Origin: Euryarchaeota archaeon TMED192
GTDB taxonomy: Archaea > Thermoplasmatota > Poseidoniia > Poseidoniales > Thalassarchaeaceae
Direction: 5' to 3'
NCBI GenBank assembly: GCA_002170775.2
Contig: NHIP02000003.1
Location: 221,776 to 271,404, forward strand
Length of the DNA: 49,629 nt
This document shows positions 8,629 to 17,946 of this stretch, one piece after another (position 1 is the stretch's first letter; each line of letters starts with the position of its first letter). The notes under the pieces were generated by a model that was not told the origin of the DNA, ran no database searches, and saw only the letters and a list, made by a program, of their open reading frames with translations. Made by a program: the position numbers and the translations under genes.

Positions 8629-9645
8629 TTACCCCATTATAGCATTCAATGTAAACAACAGGCCCAAGACCAGTCCGAAACTAATCACCATGACGTTGAA
8701 GTCTTCAGCCTTGTTGGGCCATTCTTCTCCAGCGTTAGTCATACCGTCCTCTATGCCCTCGGGCCTTAGCCTGTAGTAACTGAACAAGACGAGTAGCAGA
8801 GCAAGCGGGCCTGCAACTGCATCTTGTGTGGTGGCATCTGTGATGGCTCTTCGGGCTTCGTCGCCTGCTGATGCGTATCCGACATAATTCTGAATCGTTA
8901 AAGCCAGCAGAGCGAAAATTCCCGGGTGGATAATGGCCCACTTACCGCTAGCCCCGTCCAAGATGGTCAGAATGGTCCATAGGAAATACACAAGGAATAG
9001 ACTGCCACCAACAGCCACAGTCACATCAGAAGGCGCACCTAGGCCATGTGCAAGGGCCCCGGGTTCTACGAGATCGCTGACAGATTCTGGGCTCAATAGA
9101 GCTCGGAAGCAGTAGTAGCCGCCCATCAGCGTTACAAGGGATAGCGAAATCAAGGCAGGAGTGTCCTTGATATTCTGTCCCGGGGAGAAATCTGAGAGTC
9201 CATCATCCACCTCATCTTCACCCTTCAACAAGAAGTAGGCCGCCGTATAAGCAACCAGAAGAATGGGTGTGACATATTTCGGAGTCTTCGCGGAGTCCAG
9301 GTCTTCGCCCCAGTATAGCCAGAGTACGGCCGTCATTGTAGCAAGACCCATCATGACGGGGATCATCGTACTCCACTTGCCCTTAGCACCCTCATTCAAA
9401 ATAATGGCAGTAGACATGAAGATACCAAACATGAGCACCCCGTTGAAGGCGGTCTCAGGCCCTCCGTTGCCCCATGAGTTCATACCCTCGGATGTATCGT
9501 TTGAGAGAAGTGTAAAGCAATCTGCACCACCAGTCACAAAGCAGTCAGCGAAGAACATGAAGTTCAACGCGTATACCAGGGAAACAATCGCGGTAAACGA
9601 TAGCAATACGGCAGCAGGTGTTGATTTGACTCTGAGAAAGCCCAT
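8629..9645 (-). CDS. Polytopic membrane protein of unknown function with an internal duplication
   Basis: About 9 hydrophobic segments. The two halves share ILNEGAKGKW / ILDGASGKW and EVDDGL / GIEDGM. Start at ATG 9645 (the TTG at 9663 is an alternative). Confidence 0.8.
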   Translation of the reverse strand: MGFLRVKSTPAAVLLSFTAIVSLVYALNFMFFADCFVTGGADCFTLLSNDTSEGMNSWGNGGPETAFNGVLMFGIFMSTAIILNEGAKGKWSTMIPVMMGLATMTAVLWLYWGEDLDSAKTPKYVTPILLVAYTAAYFLLKGEDEVDDGLSDFSPGQNIKDTPALISLSLVTLMGGYYCFRALLSPESVSDLVEPGALAHGLGAPSDVTVAVGGSLFLVYFLWTILTILDGASGKWAIIHPGIFALLALTIQNYVGYASAGDEARRAITDATTQDAVAGPLALLLVLFSYYRLRPEGIEDGMTNAGEEWPNKAEDFNVMVISFGLVLGLLFTLNAIMG

Positions 9646-9742
9646 ACTTCCAACAGAAAACAAGCGGCTTAAATAATACCGGTATAGAAATTGTATATCG
9701 AATCGCTATTTAATCGCGATACATGCAAGGGGACGGTTTCAG

Positions 9743-10162
9743 ATGAGCGCGACTTTTCATTTTGCGGTTCCCGCTGGCGATTTATCCATAACTGAAAGGT
9801 TCTATGTTGAGGTTCTGGGGTGTGCCACGGGAAATCGAGAAGTCGGTCGCTGGGTAGATATCGATTTCTGGGGAAACGAGTTGACTCTCCACCAAAGTAC
9901 TGAGATGTTGCCTTCGGTGAGGCATGATGTGGATATGGGCAAAGTGGAGGTTCCACATTTCGGGGTCCATCTCAGCGAAGAGGATTTTCAGAGCGTAAAA
10001 CTTCGAGTTGAAGCGTCGGGTTTCGATTATCTCCAAAGGCCATATCGTCGTTTCATCGGCACAGAGTTCGAGCAAGAGACTTTTTTCATCGAAGATCCTA
10101 ATGGTAATATTCTAGAGTTGAAAACTTTGGTTGATCCTGACAAAATATTTGGGATGAAGTGA
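9743..10162 (+). CDS. VOC/glyoxalase family protein
   Basis: Motifs FHFAVP, FYVEVLGC, PHFGVHL and FIEDPNGNILELK. Confidence 0.92.
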   Translation: MSATFHFAVPAGDLSITERFYVEVLGCATGNREVGRWVDIDFWGNELTLHQSTEMLPSVRHDVDMGKVEVPHFGVHLSEEDFQSVKLRVEASGFDYLQRPYRRFIGTEFEQETFFIEDPNGNILELKTLVDPDKIFGMK

Positions 10163-10192
10163 CTCTATTTGAGGTTCTTCTCCTCTAACTTT

Positions 10193-10618
10193 TCAGATGT
10201 CTAGGCGCGCGTATGTCGCTTGAGCGACTGCAACTTTACGACCTTTGGTGTCAAGTAAATCTGCTTCTGCTACACAGAGGCGTCTTCCTGATCTTATCAC
10301 TCTAGCATGACACACTGCATCAGTCAAACAGGGCCTTAGGAATCTGATATTGAAATCGGTTGTCGCTACCTGCTCCTCTGCACCTATCTCTGTGAGTATC
10401 GCCCAACAGGTTACTGAATCTGCTATCGTAGCCAGAATTCCGCCGTGCATTGTCTGGTATATGCCGTCCCATTCAACTCTTCTCGGGACCTTTGCATCGC
10501 ATTCTCCTTGATCTAGACGCAATATCTCGAGATCCAGTGTGTGCATCATCGGCACCGAATTCACTCTGTCCATCATCGCCTCGATAATCTCCTTGCTCAG
10601 TGTTGTTGTTTCTACCAT
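10193..10618 (-). CDS. PaaI family hotdog-fold thioesterase
   Basis: Motifs MHGGILATIADS and FNIRFLRP. Confidence 0.92.
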   Translation of the reverse strand: MVETTTLSKEIIEAMMDRVNSVPMMHTLDLEILRLDQGECDAKVPRRVEWDGIYQTMHGGILATIADSVTCWAILTEIGAEEQVATTDFNIRFLRPCLTDAVCHARVIRSGRRLCVAEADLLDTKGRKVAVAQATYARLDI

Positions 10619-10634
10619 GGTGGATTCCCTCTTT

Positions 10635-11087
10635 CTATTTCATCTCAACTTTATCTGGGTTCCAATGCATTTGGTAATGCATTCCGATATGCTCAATCTC
10701 GAAAAGTTCAGATGTGATTTTGAATCCTTTGCGTTCATACATGGTCATTGCCTTTATTCGAGCATTGCACCATATTCCCGTATTCAATTCAGCAGCATAA
10801 TCCTGTAACATCACAACAAGGCTGGAACCGATTCCTCTGTTCCTATAGCTAGGATCGACGGCCATCCCCCTTATCCTTAGGTTGGCTTCATACTTAGGGT
10901 CGTATTGTAGCGTTGCACAACCAACCATTTTGCTACCGTCGAATGCTCCGACGAATTTCGTTCTCATGTCCTCGTCTATGCCTGGGTATCTTGCAGTCTC
11001 ACGGGGCATCCCCTCCCTCAGGACTCTGAATCTGAGATCGAGGTGCTCTACATCGGGTTTCCCGATCCAACGGAACACGACGCTCAT
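10635..11087 (-). CDS. GNAT family N-acetyltransferase
   Basis: Acetyl-CoA motif A RGMAVDPSYRNRGIGS, and WCNAR...YERKGF. Confidence 0.92.
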   Translation of the reverse strand: MSVVFRWIGKPDVEHLDLRFRVLREGMPRETARYPGIDEDMRTKFVGAFDGSKMVGCATLQYDPKYEANLRIRGMAVDPSYRNRGIGSSLVVMLQDYAAELNTGIWCNARIKAMTMYERKGFKITSELFEIEHIGMHYQMHWNPDKVEMK

Positions 11088-11093
11088 GCTTTG

Positions 11094-11372
11094 TCATTCG
11101 GACTCGTTCATATCAGACATGCGGGTAACTGCTTTAGTCAATGCAACTGTTTCCCGGCCCTCGCCGATGGTATTGAGGAAGAACCAACCGATGTTTAGCA
11201 ATGCAGTGGCCATCACAAGACCGCATGCAGATCCAATCACTATATTACCGTCAGAGACGCTTAAACCAACGACCAGGCTTAGGATCGTGACTAGAACGAA
11301 CCATGCTCTGGATGCCTCGCTAGGTGTCTTGCGGCCTTTATGGTCGTGGAGAGGCGCAAGCATGTCGGGCAT
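11094..11372 (-). CDS. Small membrane protein (2 TM), unknown function
   Basis: Two hydrophobic helices; 6 bp from the GNAT gene in the same orientation. Confidence 0.65.
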   Translation of the reverse strand: MPDMLAPLHDHKGRKTPSEASRAWFVLVTILSLVVGLSVSDGNIVIGSACGLVMATALLNIGWFFLNTIGEGRETVALTKAVTRMSDMNESE

Positions 11373-11458
11373 GCATTACGGTAGGCGGGTGCCTGTTTGA
11401 ATGCCCGTTAAGCGCCTGAGACCCGTGGAATCATGAGGTAGACCGGCAATCGGAGGTC

Positions 11459-11860
11459 ATGGAAGAGAATGCCGCATGGGTTGGCCTGGGTATTTTTGGG
11501 TTGGTTGTCATGGTTGATGTGCTCATCATCGGATGGGCTCCCTATGGGCCTTGGAATGATGATTCATTCTCTCTTGGGGTTCTGGGCATGATTGGAATTG
11601 CTGCACTGTATATTAGTTGGTATCGTTGGAGATTCAAGCAGAAGGGGGTTGTTCCATGGTTGAGGCTTTGGAAGGACGTTCGGGGCGGGGGTGTGAAGGT
11701 GTCAATTGTTGGATTGATGGTGATGTTGGGCACATGGTCCCTGTATTCCTCTGGCCCCTTTCCCCCTGCAGGTGGCCTAATTCTGAATCTGATAGGTGCG
11801 CTGATGATCTTACAAGGAGCTTATGCAATACTCAGTTCAGGGTATCTAAGTGAATCTTGA
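11459..11860 (+). CDS. Membrane protein (4 TM), unknown function
   Basis: Four hydrophobic segments; GGAGGT just upstream of the ATG. Confidence 0.75.
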   Translation: MEENAAWVGLGIFGLVVMVDVLIIGWAPYGPWNDDSFSLGVLGMIGIAALYISWYRWRFKQKGVVPWLRLWKDVRGGGVKVSIVGLMVMLGTWSLYSSGPFPPAGGLILNLIGALMILQGAYAILSSGYLSES

Positions 11861-12012
11861 TTGCTTCGCCTCAATCTAATCAAATAGATGACGCTTATTC
11901 CTGAATATCGACCTTGTTGCCTGCATGGGATCATACGTTGTTGAAGAATTTGGCATCAGAAAACGAGATATTAATCAATAAATCAAAACATTATAATTTT
12001 TTGAAGGAGAGG

Positions 12013-13131
12013 GTGTTGAGTCGTATACTTGAGTATTGGAGGGCCGCGGTAATCATTCTGCTACTTCTTCTGAGCTTGTCATTCGGTGGTGTTTATGATC
12101 TTGGAGATAGCGATGAGGAGGTTGATCTTCAAGTCCTGTTAGAAAATTGGAGATCCTACAGGGAATTCGAGGCTAGTGGCACTAATTCTGAATGGTACGC
12201 GATGAATATCACTACATGGCAGGCAGAAAATGGAGGGTGGAGAAAGGGCAACTTGGATGGTTATGCGACACCGTATGATGGAGTTGGATTCCAAGACTCA
12301 TACTTTGCGAATTTAAGCACACTCGCTGACAAGGCTACTACTGGAGAAATTAGATTCCTGGCAGAACAGTATTCAATCTCTGAAAATGAGAGCAATATGA
12401 CGATTTTCAAGAATGCTGTAGAACGAGGTGTGGATTTCATCGTTGACGCACAGCACTCTTCCGGAGGTTGGCCGCAGGTTTATCCTGCTATTGACTGCCT
12501 TGGTTGCGAATATCATAATTTAATGACATACAACGATTATGTAATTCCCAGTGCGATGTTACTTCTTTGGGACGTATCTGTCAAAATGGACCCATTCAAT
12601 TCTGACATTGTTGACGATTTGAACCACTCACAGATACAACTGGCTTTGGATAAGGGAATGGATTTTATTCTAAAATCACAGATAATGGTCGACGGTAAGC
12701 CAACTATATGGGGTCAACAACATCACCCTGAGACGTATGAATCTATGTCCGGTCGTTCGTGGGAGCTAGCTTGTAGAACCCCAAATGAGTCTTCTTTTGT
12801 TACAGCGATACTCCTGAATTGGCCAGATAGATCCCCTGATATCGTAAACGCAACCTGGGGGGCAGTTGGTTGGTATGAAGACAATGCGATTGAAAATATG
12901 TGGTTCGATCAAAACAGTGGCACGATAACGGAACGCGATGGTGCGTCAATGTGGTACAGATACTACAACGTTAGTCAAGATGAGTATTTTTTCACGGGAT
13001 ATGATTCGAAGAAAGTGTATGATTTATACGACATACCGGAGGCACAGCGCTCAACTTACTCCTGGGCATATAATTGGGGCGAAAGGATAGTCTCCGAAAC
13101 CTCGAAGATTCCTCTCGAGGAGAGAATCTAG
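12013..13131 (+). CDS. Secreted/anchored pectate lyase, polysaccharide lyase family 10 (PelA-like)
   Basis: PL10 motifs WQAENGGWRK, ATTGEIRFLA, QHSSGGWPQVYP, TYND, IWGQQH, GRSWE and WYRYY. Hydrophobic N-terminal signal/anchor. Probable GTG start at 12013 after AAGGAG (the ORF track starts at 11914). Confidence 0.85.
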   Translation: MLSRILEYWRAAVIILLLLLSLSFGGVYDLGDSDEEVDLQVLLENWRSYREFEASGTNSEWYAMNITTWQAENGGWRKGNLDGYATPYDGVGFQDSYFANLSTLADKATTGEIRFLAEQYSISENESNMTIFKNAVERGVDFIVDAQHSSGGWPQVYPAIDCLGCEYHNLMTYNDYVIPSAMLLLWDVSVKMDPFNSDIVDDLNHSQIQLALDKGMDFILKSQIMVDGKPTIWGQQHHPETYESMSGRSWELACRTPNESSFVTAILLNWPDRSPDIVNATWGAVGWYEDNAIENMWFDQNSGTITERDGASMWYRYYNVSQDEYFFTGYDSKKVYDLYDIPEAQRSTYSWAYNWGERIVSETSKIPLEERI

Positions 13132-13156
13132 ATTTTCATAATAAGATGGTTCTTGA

Positions 13157-13687
13157 TTATCTTACACCTGGTTTCCAGAACTGTAGTGGTTCTGGATTTC
13201 TTCCTTCCATTGCCCTGTAGGCCAGATGATCTGCACGTTCGTTCCAACGATGTCCTCTGTGCGCCCTTACGTGCTCGATAGAAAGGGGCCTGGCAGATTC
13301 GCATTCGATCCACAACTCCCTCACTCTGTGTGCGATTTCTTTATTGGTCTTGGGCTTCCACGCACCTGTAGCCAAATTAGATGCGTATGATGAGTCGGAT
13401 CTTATCCTCGCAGGGCTATCTTCCCCGTTTATCAGGAGCCATCTGAGGGCATGAGCAATTGCTGAGAGTTCGGCAGTGTTGTTCGAGCCGACGGAGGCAC
13501 CGATGTACCCAGGGGCGTCTGGATTGGTGACCACTCTCCCGCTGGTCTCTTCCATAACCTCGCCCTGACCACGTCCGGTGCCGGAATCTCCAGACACTAT
13601 ACAGACGCCCCAGCCAGCTATCGTATCCTTCGTTACATTCCTGTTATCTCCGCATGACCCATCCACATACAGGTGGATTAGAGACAT
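13157..13687 (-). CDS. rnhA: Ribonuclease HI
   Basis: DEDD catalytic set in YVDGSC, SNNTAELSA, SDSSY and HVRAHRGHRWNERAD. Confidence 0.93.
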   Translation of the reverse strand: MSLIHLYVDGSCGDNRNVTKDTIAGWGVCIVSGDSGTGRGQGEVMEETSGRVVTNPDAPGYIGASVGSNNTAELSAIAHALRWLLINGEDSPARIRSDSSYASNLATGAWKPKTNKEIAHRVRELWIECESARPLSIEHVRAHRGHRWNERADHLAYRAMEGRNPEPLQFWKPGVR

Positions 13688-13690
13688 GCA

Positions 13691-14071
13691 TCAATCACCG
13701 ACTAGGGACCTGTATTCCTGAGCATTCAGAAGTTTGGAGGATTCCTCCGATTCTAGTCTGATTTTGCATATCCAGCCATTCCCATACGGATCTTCGTTTA
13801 TGGCCTCAGGCGTTGTTTCGAGTTCTTCGTTTACTTCCACCACTTCTCCTGAAATTGGAGCGTATATTTCAGATACGGATTTCACCGACTCGACGCTTGC
13901 GAAGGCTTCCATGGATCTGACCTGATCGCCGACCACAGGCAATTCGACCCATACGACGTCCGTCAAAGCATCCTGAGCATAATCAGTGATTCCTATCGTG
14001 GCCACGCCCTCGGAGACCCTCATCCATTCATGCTCTTCGGTATAGCTCAGATCCTCCGGGATAGAAGACAT
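13691..14071 (-). CDS. gcvH: Glycine cleavage system H protein
   Basis: Motifs HEW, GITDYAQ, VESVKSVSE (lipoyl-Lys) and NEDPYGNGW. Confidence 0.97.
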   Translation of the reverse strand: MSSIPEDLSYTEEHEWMRVSEGVATIGITDYAQDALTDVVWVELPVVGDQVRSMEAFASVESVKSVSEIYAPISGEVVEVNEELETTPEAINEDPYGNGWICKIRLESEESSKLLNAQEYRSLVGD

Positions 14072-14114
14072 CGGACCCCTACGGGAGCAGGCGGAGAGTC
14101 AAGTTTTCGCTTAG

Positions 14115-14486
14115 TTACTCGGATTCTTGTATTCCTAAGCCGACTTCTAATTTAGCCCATGCGTCTGACATTTTTTCAATGTCATCAGAATCGATCCTCT
14201 CACCTTCTAGACGATTCCACATATCTACTTCGGATTCGTTCGAGAAGATTGAATGTAGCTGTTTCTGAAAGGGGACTGGGGTTGCGACCCTCAGGGCCCA
14301 ATAGAGATACATCGATAGGATAGCAGAGAAAAGCAAAACGGCGACAATCAGCGAGTCTGGGGTGCAATTTGATCCGCATTGCGCGGTTGACAGAAAACCG
14401 CTCCGAAGCCCAAGTGCGAGTATAAGAAGAAGCGATGCGGAGAAGCCGAAGAAAATACGGGAGGCTCGTTCTGCAGGCGTGTCCAT
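14115..14486 (-). CDS. Membrane protein (2 TM), unknown function
   Basis: Two hydrophobic helices flanking a CGSNC loop; acidic C-terminal tail. Confidence 0.7.
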   Translation of the reverse strand: MDTPAERASRIFFGFSASLLLILALGLRSGFLSTAQCGSNCTPDSLIVAVLLFSAILSMYLYWALRVATPVPFQKQLHSIFSNESEVDMWNRLEGERIDSDDIEKMSDAWAKLEVGLGIQESE

Positions 14487-14525
14487 GTTGCTATCAAGAT
14501 GAGTGCTGGGTTCTCGAGCAATAAG

Positions 14526-15110
14526 TCAATAGGTCTCACGGACCAGCTTATGCACCTTGTATGGCAAGAGCGCACGATTGACGGGAGTGACTTCGAGGAT
14601 TCTAGCATCGTCTCTTCTACGGATATCTTGGAGCAGGGGGTGTCTGGATTTTTTGTGCAACGTCAAGACGGTTGGCATATCGAATTCCAGAGCGGCGCGG
14701 ACTGCCTCGACAAATGCCTCGGACTCAACGGAGAATTTTCCAATCTCGTCAATGACCAGCATCTCGCATGACTCGACCGTTCGCTCGATCGCGGGGACGG
14801 CGACCTTGTCGAGCCCTGTAGGGTCGATTCCCATTCCGAGAATTGTATGCCTGGAGTCGATGTCCTTGTGTGCTATCACAGCTCTGTCTCCGGTGATTAT
14901 GTCAACGCATTCGAAGCCAACTCTGACCCCATCCTCAAGAATGGGCTCTGTTCTCATGCCTCCGATGATCGGACGGTCCTGAGACCGTTCATTCCGTGTT
15001 CTGCGTTCCTCGGTTCTCTCGCTGATCATCATCTCAACGACTTTCTCTAGAACGGCGGACTTGCCCGATTTTGGCAATCCTGTGATACCTATTTTTGGAT
15101 GAATTCCCAT
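14526..15110 (-). CDS. Nucleoside triphosphatase, THEP1/NTPase_1 family
   Basis: Walker A ITGLPKSGKS and Walker B LVIDEIGKF; AAGGAG upstream. Confidence 0.92.
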   Translation of the reverse strand: MGIHPKIGITGLPKSGKSAVLEKVVEMMISERTEERRTRNERSQDRPIIGGMRTEPILEDGVRVGFECVDIITGDRAVIAHKDIDSRHTILGMGIDPTGLDKVAVPAIERTVESCEMLVIDEIGKFSVESEAFVEAVRAALEFDMPTVLTLHKKSRHPLLQDIRRRDDARILEVTPVNRALLPYKVHKLVRETY

Positions 15111-15247
15111 CTATTGAATCTCCTTACAAGTCGGCTACGCTGGACAGTATGTCTTCGATTAGAGAGGATATAGGAATTAACATCTTTCATCAACGCTGAT
15201 ACTACGGATTCCGGAATCTGCTCCATAAACTCAATTTCTCGAACGAT

Positions 15248-15862
15248 TCAACGGTCATCGTTGATTATGAATTTTCCGAATACGAATTCGATCAATTGTT
15301 CGTTCTGAATAAGATGTGCGAAGGCCTCGTCGACCTCCTCTTCCGAGATTCCCCCGGGTATCAATTCCTCGGTCACTTCCTCCCAGCTGATGCTGTCAGT
15401 TCCTTCGGCATGGGCAGACTCAGCCATGTCTAAGATTCTCGCCGATATTATGGCGAGCAGCGGGTCATCATCGGTTGCTATAGGTGAGGGGATGGATGCG
15501 GCTCGGGCCGCTTCATTGAGAATTTTTCCGATTTCATCGTTTTCTGATCCATCCGCATCGTACACGTCAAACAAATTTCTCTGGAAGGAGTCCTTGTGAA
15601 TCGACACATTGGTTTCTTGGGTTCTGCCGAGTTGTTTTGCAATGTCTTCCACTCTTCGGAGTCTCTGCTCTAATCTCATTTTCTCTCTCCCGAGATGCGA
15701 TGAGGCTAATTCGAGTTCTTCTGTGGCGCACCTGTCTAACCATCTGTCAAGACTCCATTCAGGGTCTATTCTGAGCATTGTATCGCACAGCATGGCTACC
15801 GAATTAGGCAAACCGGCTATGTCGATAGGAGACTTGCCGTCAGCAGAACCGCCGTCACCCAT
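15248..15862 (-). CDS. Hypothetical protein: coiled coil plus probable C-terminal winged helix
   Basis: Heptad segment LGREKMRLEQRLRRVEDIAKQL. The C-terminal ISEEEVDEAFAHLIQNEQLIEFVFGKF is a wHTH-like pattern. Confidence 0.7.
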   Translation of the reverse strand: MGDGGSADGKSPIDIAGLPNSVAMLCDTMLRIDPEWSLDRWLDRCATEELELASSHLGREKMRLEQRLRRVEDIAKQLGRTQETNVSIHKDSFQRNLFDVYDADGSENDEIGKILNEAARAASIPSPIATDDDPLLAIISARILDMAESAHAEGTDSISWEEVTEELIPGGISEEEVDEAFAHLIQNEQLIEFVFGKFIINDDR

Positions 15863-15962
15863 GGGATGTCAATTCTGCATGGACGTCTATGAACAATGTG
15901 CATGATATCATCTATGTTTTTTCAGGGGTTGCTTGATGAAGGACTTCATTCTGGGGAGTACG

Positions 15963-17147
15963 ATGTCCGCGTATCGCATCGTCGCACTTCCGGGAGACGG
16001 TACAGGTCGAGAAGTGATGCGTGAGGCGCTAAAAGTACTGGATGTTATTCAAGAACACGGGCCGGTGGACTTCGATATCAGGGAGATTCCCTGTGGTGGT
16101 CAGCACTATCTCGAAACGGGCGAGCAATGGCCCGAGGGGTCGTTTGAAATCTGTCGTGATCAGAGTGATGCTATTCTCCTTGGTGCCATTGGTTGGCCGG
16201 ATGCAAGACTCCCCAATGGGGACGTAGCAGGCGGAGAAGTAATTCTCGGTCTTAGATCAGGGCTCGACCTTTACGCAAACGTTCGTCCGGTGAAGCTCTA
16301 CGAAGGGATTCTTCACAAAGTGCATGGAAAGCATAAGAAAGTCTGGGATTCTTCCCTTGTAGACCTAGTAATGGTTCGTGAAAATACAGAAGGCCTGTAT
16401 CACTCTCTTCTAAGGAGGATGGCCCAATCTGCTGTAGGCAAAAAGGATGAGAAGCTCGTCATTGAAAAGTTCCCCGGGCTAGAAGGCGAGGTCAAATGGG
16501 ATCCACGACCGATATCAAGAACTGGGAGTGAACGAATCCACAGATTCTGCTTTGACCTCGCGGAACGCCGGGCTAAGAAACTCGGAAAGGCACAGAGTGT
16601 GACCTGTGTCGATAAATCGAATGTCCTACGTGGGTGTCAATTATTCCGTGCCATATTCAGAGAGATGTCTGACCAATATCCTAGCATTGATGCTAAAGAG
16701 GCTTACATAGATGCTTTCACTATGTGGTTGGTTCGCGACCCTGAAGATCTTGATGTCGTTGTTTTGCCGAACATGTTTGGAGACATAGCCACCGATCTAG
16801 CATCAGTACTGCAAGGAGGAATGGGAATGGCAGCTTCAGCGAATCTCGGTGATCGCCACATGATGTTCGAACCTGTTCACGGGTCTGCTCCTAAGCACGC
16901 GGGGAAGAATATAGTGAATCCAATAGCGATGCTTTCCTCTCTACAATTAATGCTGGAAAACTTAGCTATTCGACATTCAGATGAGAGTCTGGATGTATGC
17001 GGAAGTATACTGCAAAGGGCCATCTCAGAATTGCTTTCATCTGATGGGCCGAAGACCTATGATATCGGTGGTTCGGCAACCACGTCTGAAGTAGGTGATG
17101 CTGTGGTCTCCAGGGTCCAAGGTTTGCTTAAGTCGGAGTTTAGTTAG
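15963..17147 (+). CDS. Isocitrate/isopropylmalate/tartrate dehydrogenase family protein
   Basis: Motifs [40 protein letters not shown] and FEPVHGSAP. Substrate cannot be assigned by eye. Start at ATG 15963. Confidence 0.92.
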   Translation: MSAYRIVALPGDGTGREVMREALKVLDVIQEHGPVDFDIREIPCGGQHYLETGEQWPEGSFEICRDQSDAILLGAIGWPDARLPNGDVAGGEVILGLRSGLDLYANVRPVKLYEGILHKVHGKHKKVWDSSLVDLVMVRENTEGLYHSLLRRMAQSAVGKKDEKLVIEKFPGLEGEVKWDPRPISRTGSERIHRFCFDLAERRAKKLGKAQSVTCVDKSNVLRGCQLFRAIFREMSDQYPSIDAKEAYIDAFTMWLVRDPEDLDVVVLPNMFGDIATDLASVLQGGMGMAASANLGDRHMMFEPVHGSAPKHAGKNIVNPIAMLSSLQLMLENLAIRHSDESLDVCGSILQRAISELLSSDGPKTYDIGGSATTSEVGDAVVSRVQGLLKSEFS

Positions 17148-17946
17148 TCGTCTGATTAAAAGATCGTATCGCTGCTTTGCCCATTGTATCGATCGCATCT
17201 ATCAGAGCAGTTCGATTATCCCATGCGATATCGAGGGGTGCTGGCTTTTCCAACGCAATTTTGACCATTTCGTTAAATGCGCGCGAGACGTTATCCACAA
17301 TAGTCACATTAGCAGTCCTTGCTGTCCTGGAAAGAGGGTTCAGATCCACTACAAGTACTTGTTTTCCCATCTGGATTAGGGCTTCGCAGCGGTCTCCGTC
17401 CTCGAGCGGTACGAGTACTGTGTCAGCACTATGTATTCCTTGACTGCAACAATTAGCCCTTGGACCCTCTAAGCCGGGTATTCGGGCATCGGGACTCATT
17501 CCAAGTATCTCGACACCCGCAACCATTTGAGACCATATTTCAGAGGTTATTTCATCAGAGGGATTTTCAGAAGCAACCTCATTCTTAATCAGATTCAATG
17601 TCTGAGAAAGAAGGTTGACTCTTGATGCCGTCCTGTAAAATATATTGATCTCGATCTTGCAACCCATCAGAGCGGCCAGTTTCACTGCATCTCTACCAGC
17701 AAGGACCGTTGAGTTTCCATTTAGAGAAATCACAGGGCGGCGTGCAGCAGCAAGGCGATTCACGGATTCTTCTTCTGCTCTTCTGGCAGAAGGGATGGTG
17801 CATTCACCGAGAAGGTAATCAAATGCTTCGCCTCTTCCGTGAGCGATTAATGCAGAGTCTGCTAACAGGCCCTTGTTCTGCGCATCAACGATCTTCTGCC
17901 TTGACAGCAGCGAATCTCTTCTAGGATGGTTATCATGGACGGTCAT
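17140..17946 (-). CDS. Archaeal 4-phosphopantoate--beta-alanine ligase (phosphopantothenate synthetase)
   Basis: Motifs HPRRDSL, LIAHGRGEAFDYLLGE, PVISLNGN, VPLEDGDR and DLNPLSRT. Confidence 0.93.
   Translation of the reverse strand: MTVHDNHPRRDSLLSRQKIVDAQNKGLLADSALIAHGRGEAFDYLLGECTIPSARRAEEESVNRLAAARRPVISLNGNSTVLAGRDAVKLAALMGCKIEINIFYRTASRVNLLSQTLNLIKNEVASENPSDEITSEIWSQMVAGVEILGMSPDARIPGLEGPRANCCSQGIHSADTVLVPLEDGDRCEALIQMGKQVLVVDLNPLSRTARTANVTIVDNVSRAFNEMVKIALEKPAPLDIAWDNRTALIDAIDTMGKAAIRSFNQTTN

Noticed and set aside
8551-13156. Integrative element at tRNA-Cys
   Set aside because: No integrase in the window, and I found no duplicated tRNA 3' end (att site).
15207-15218. Perfect 12-bp palindrome GATTCCGGAATC in the intergenic gap
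   Set aside because: It is a single occurrence, and several such palindromes are expected by chance in 50 kb.
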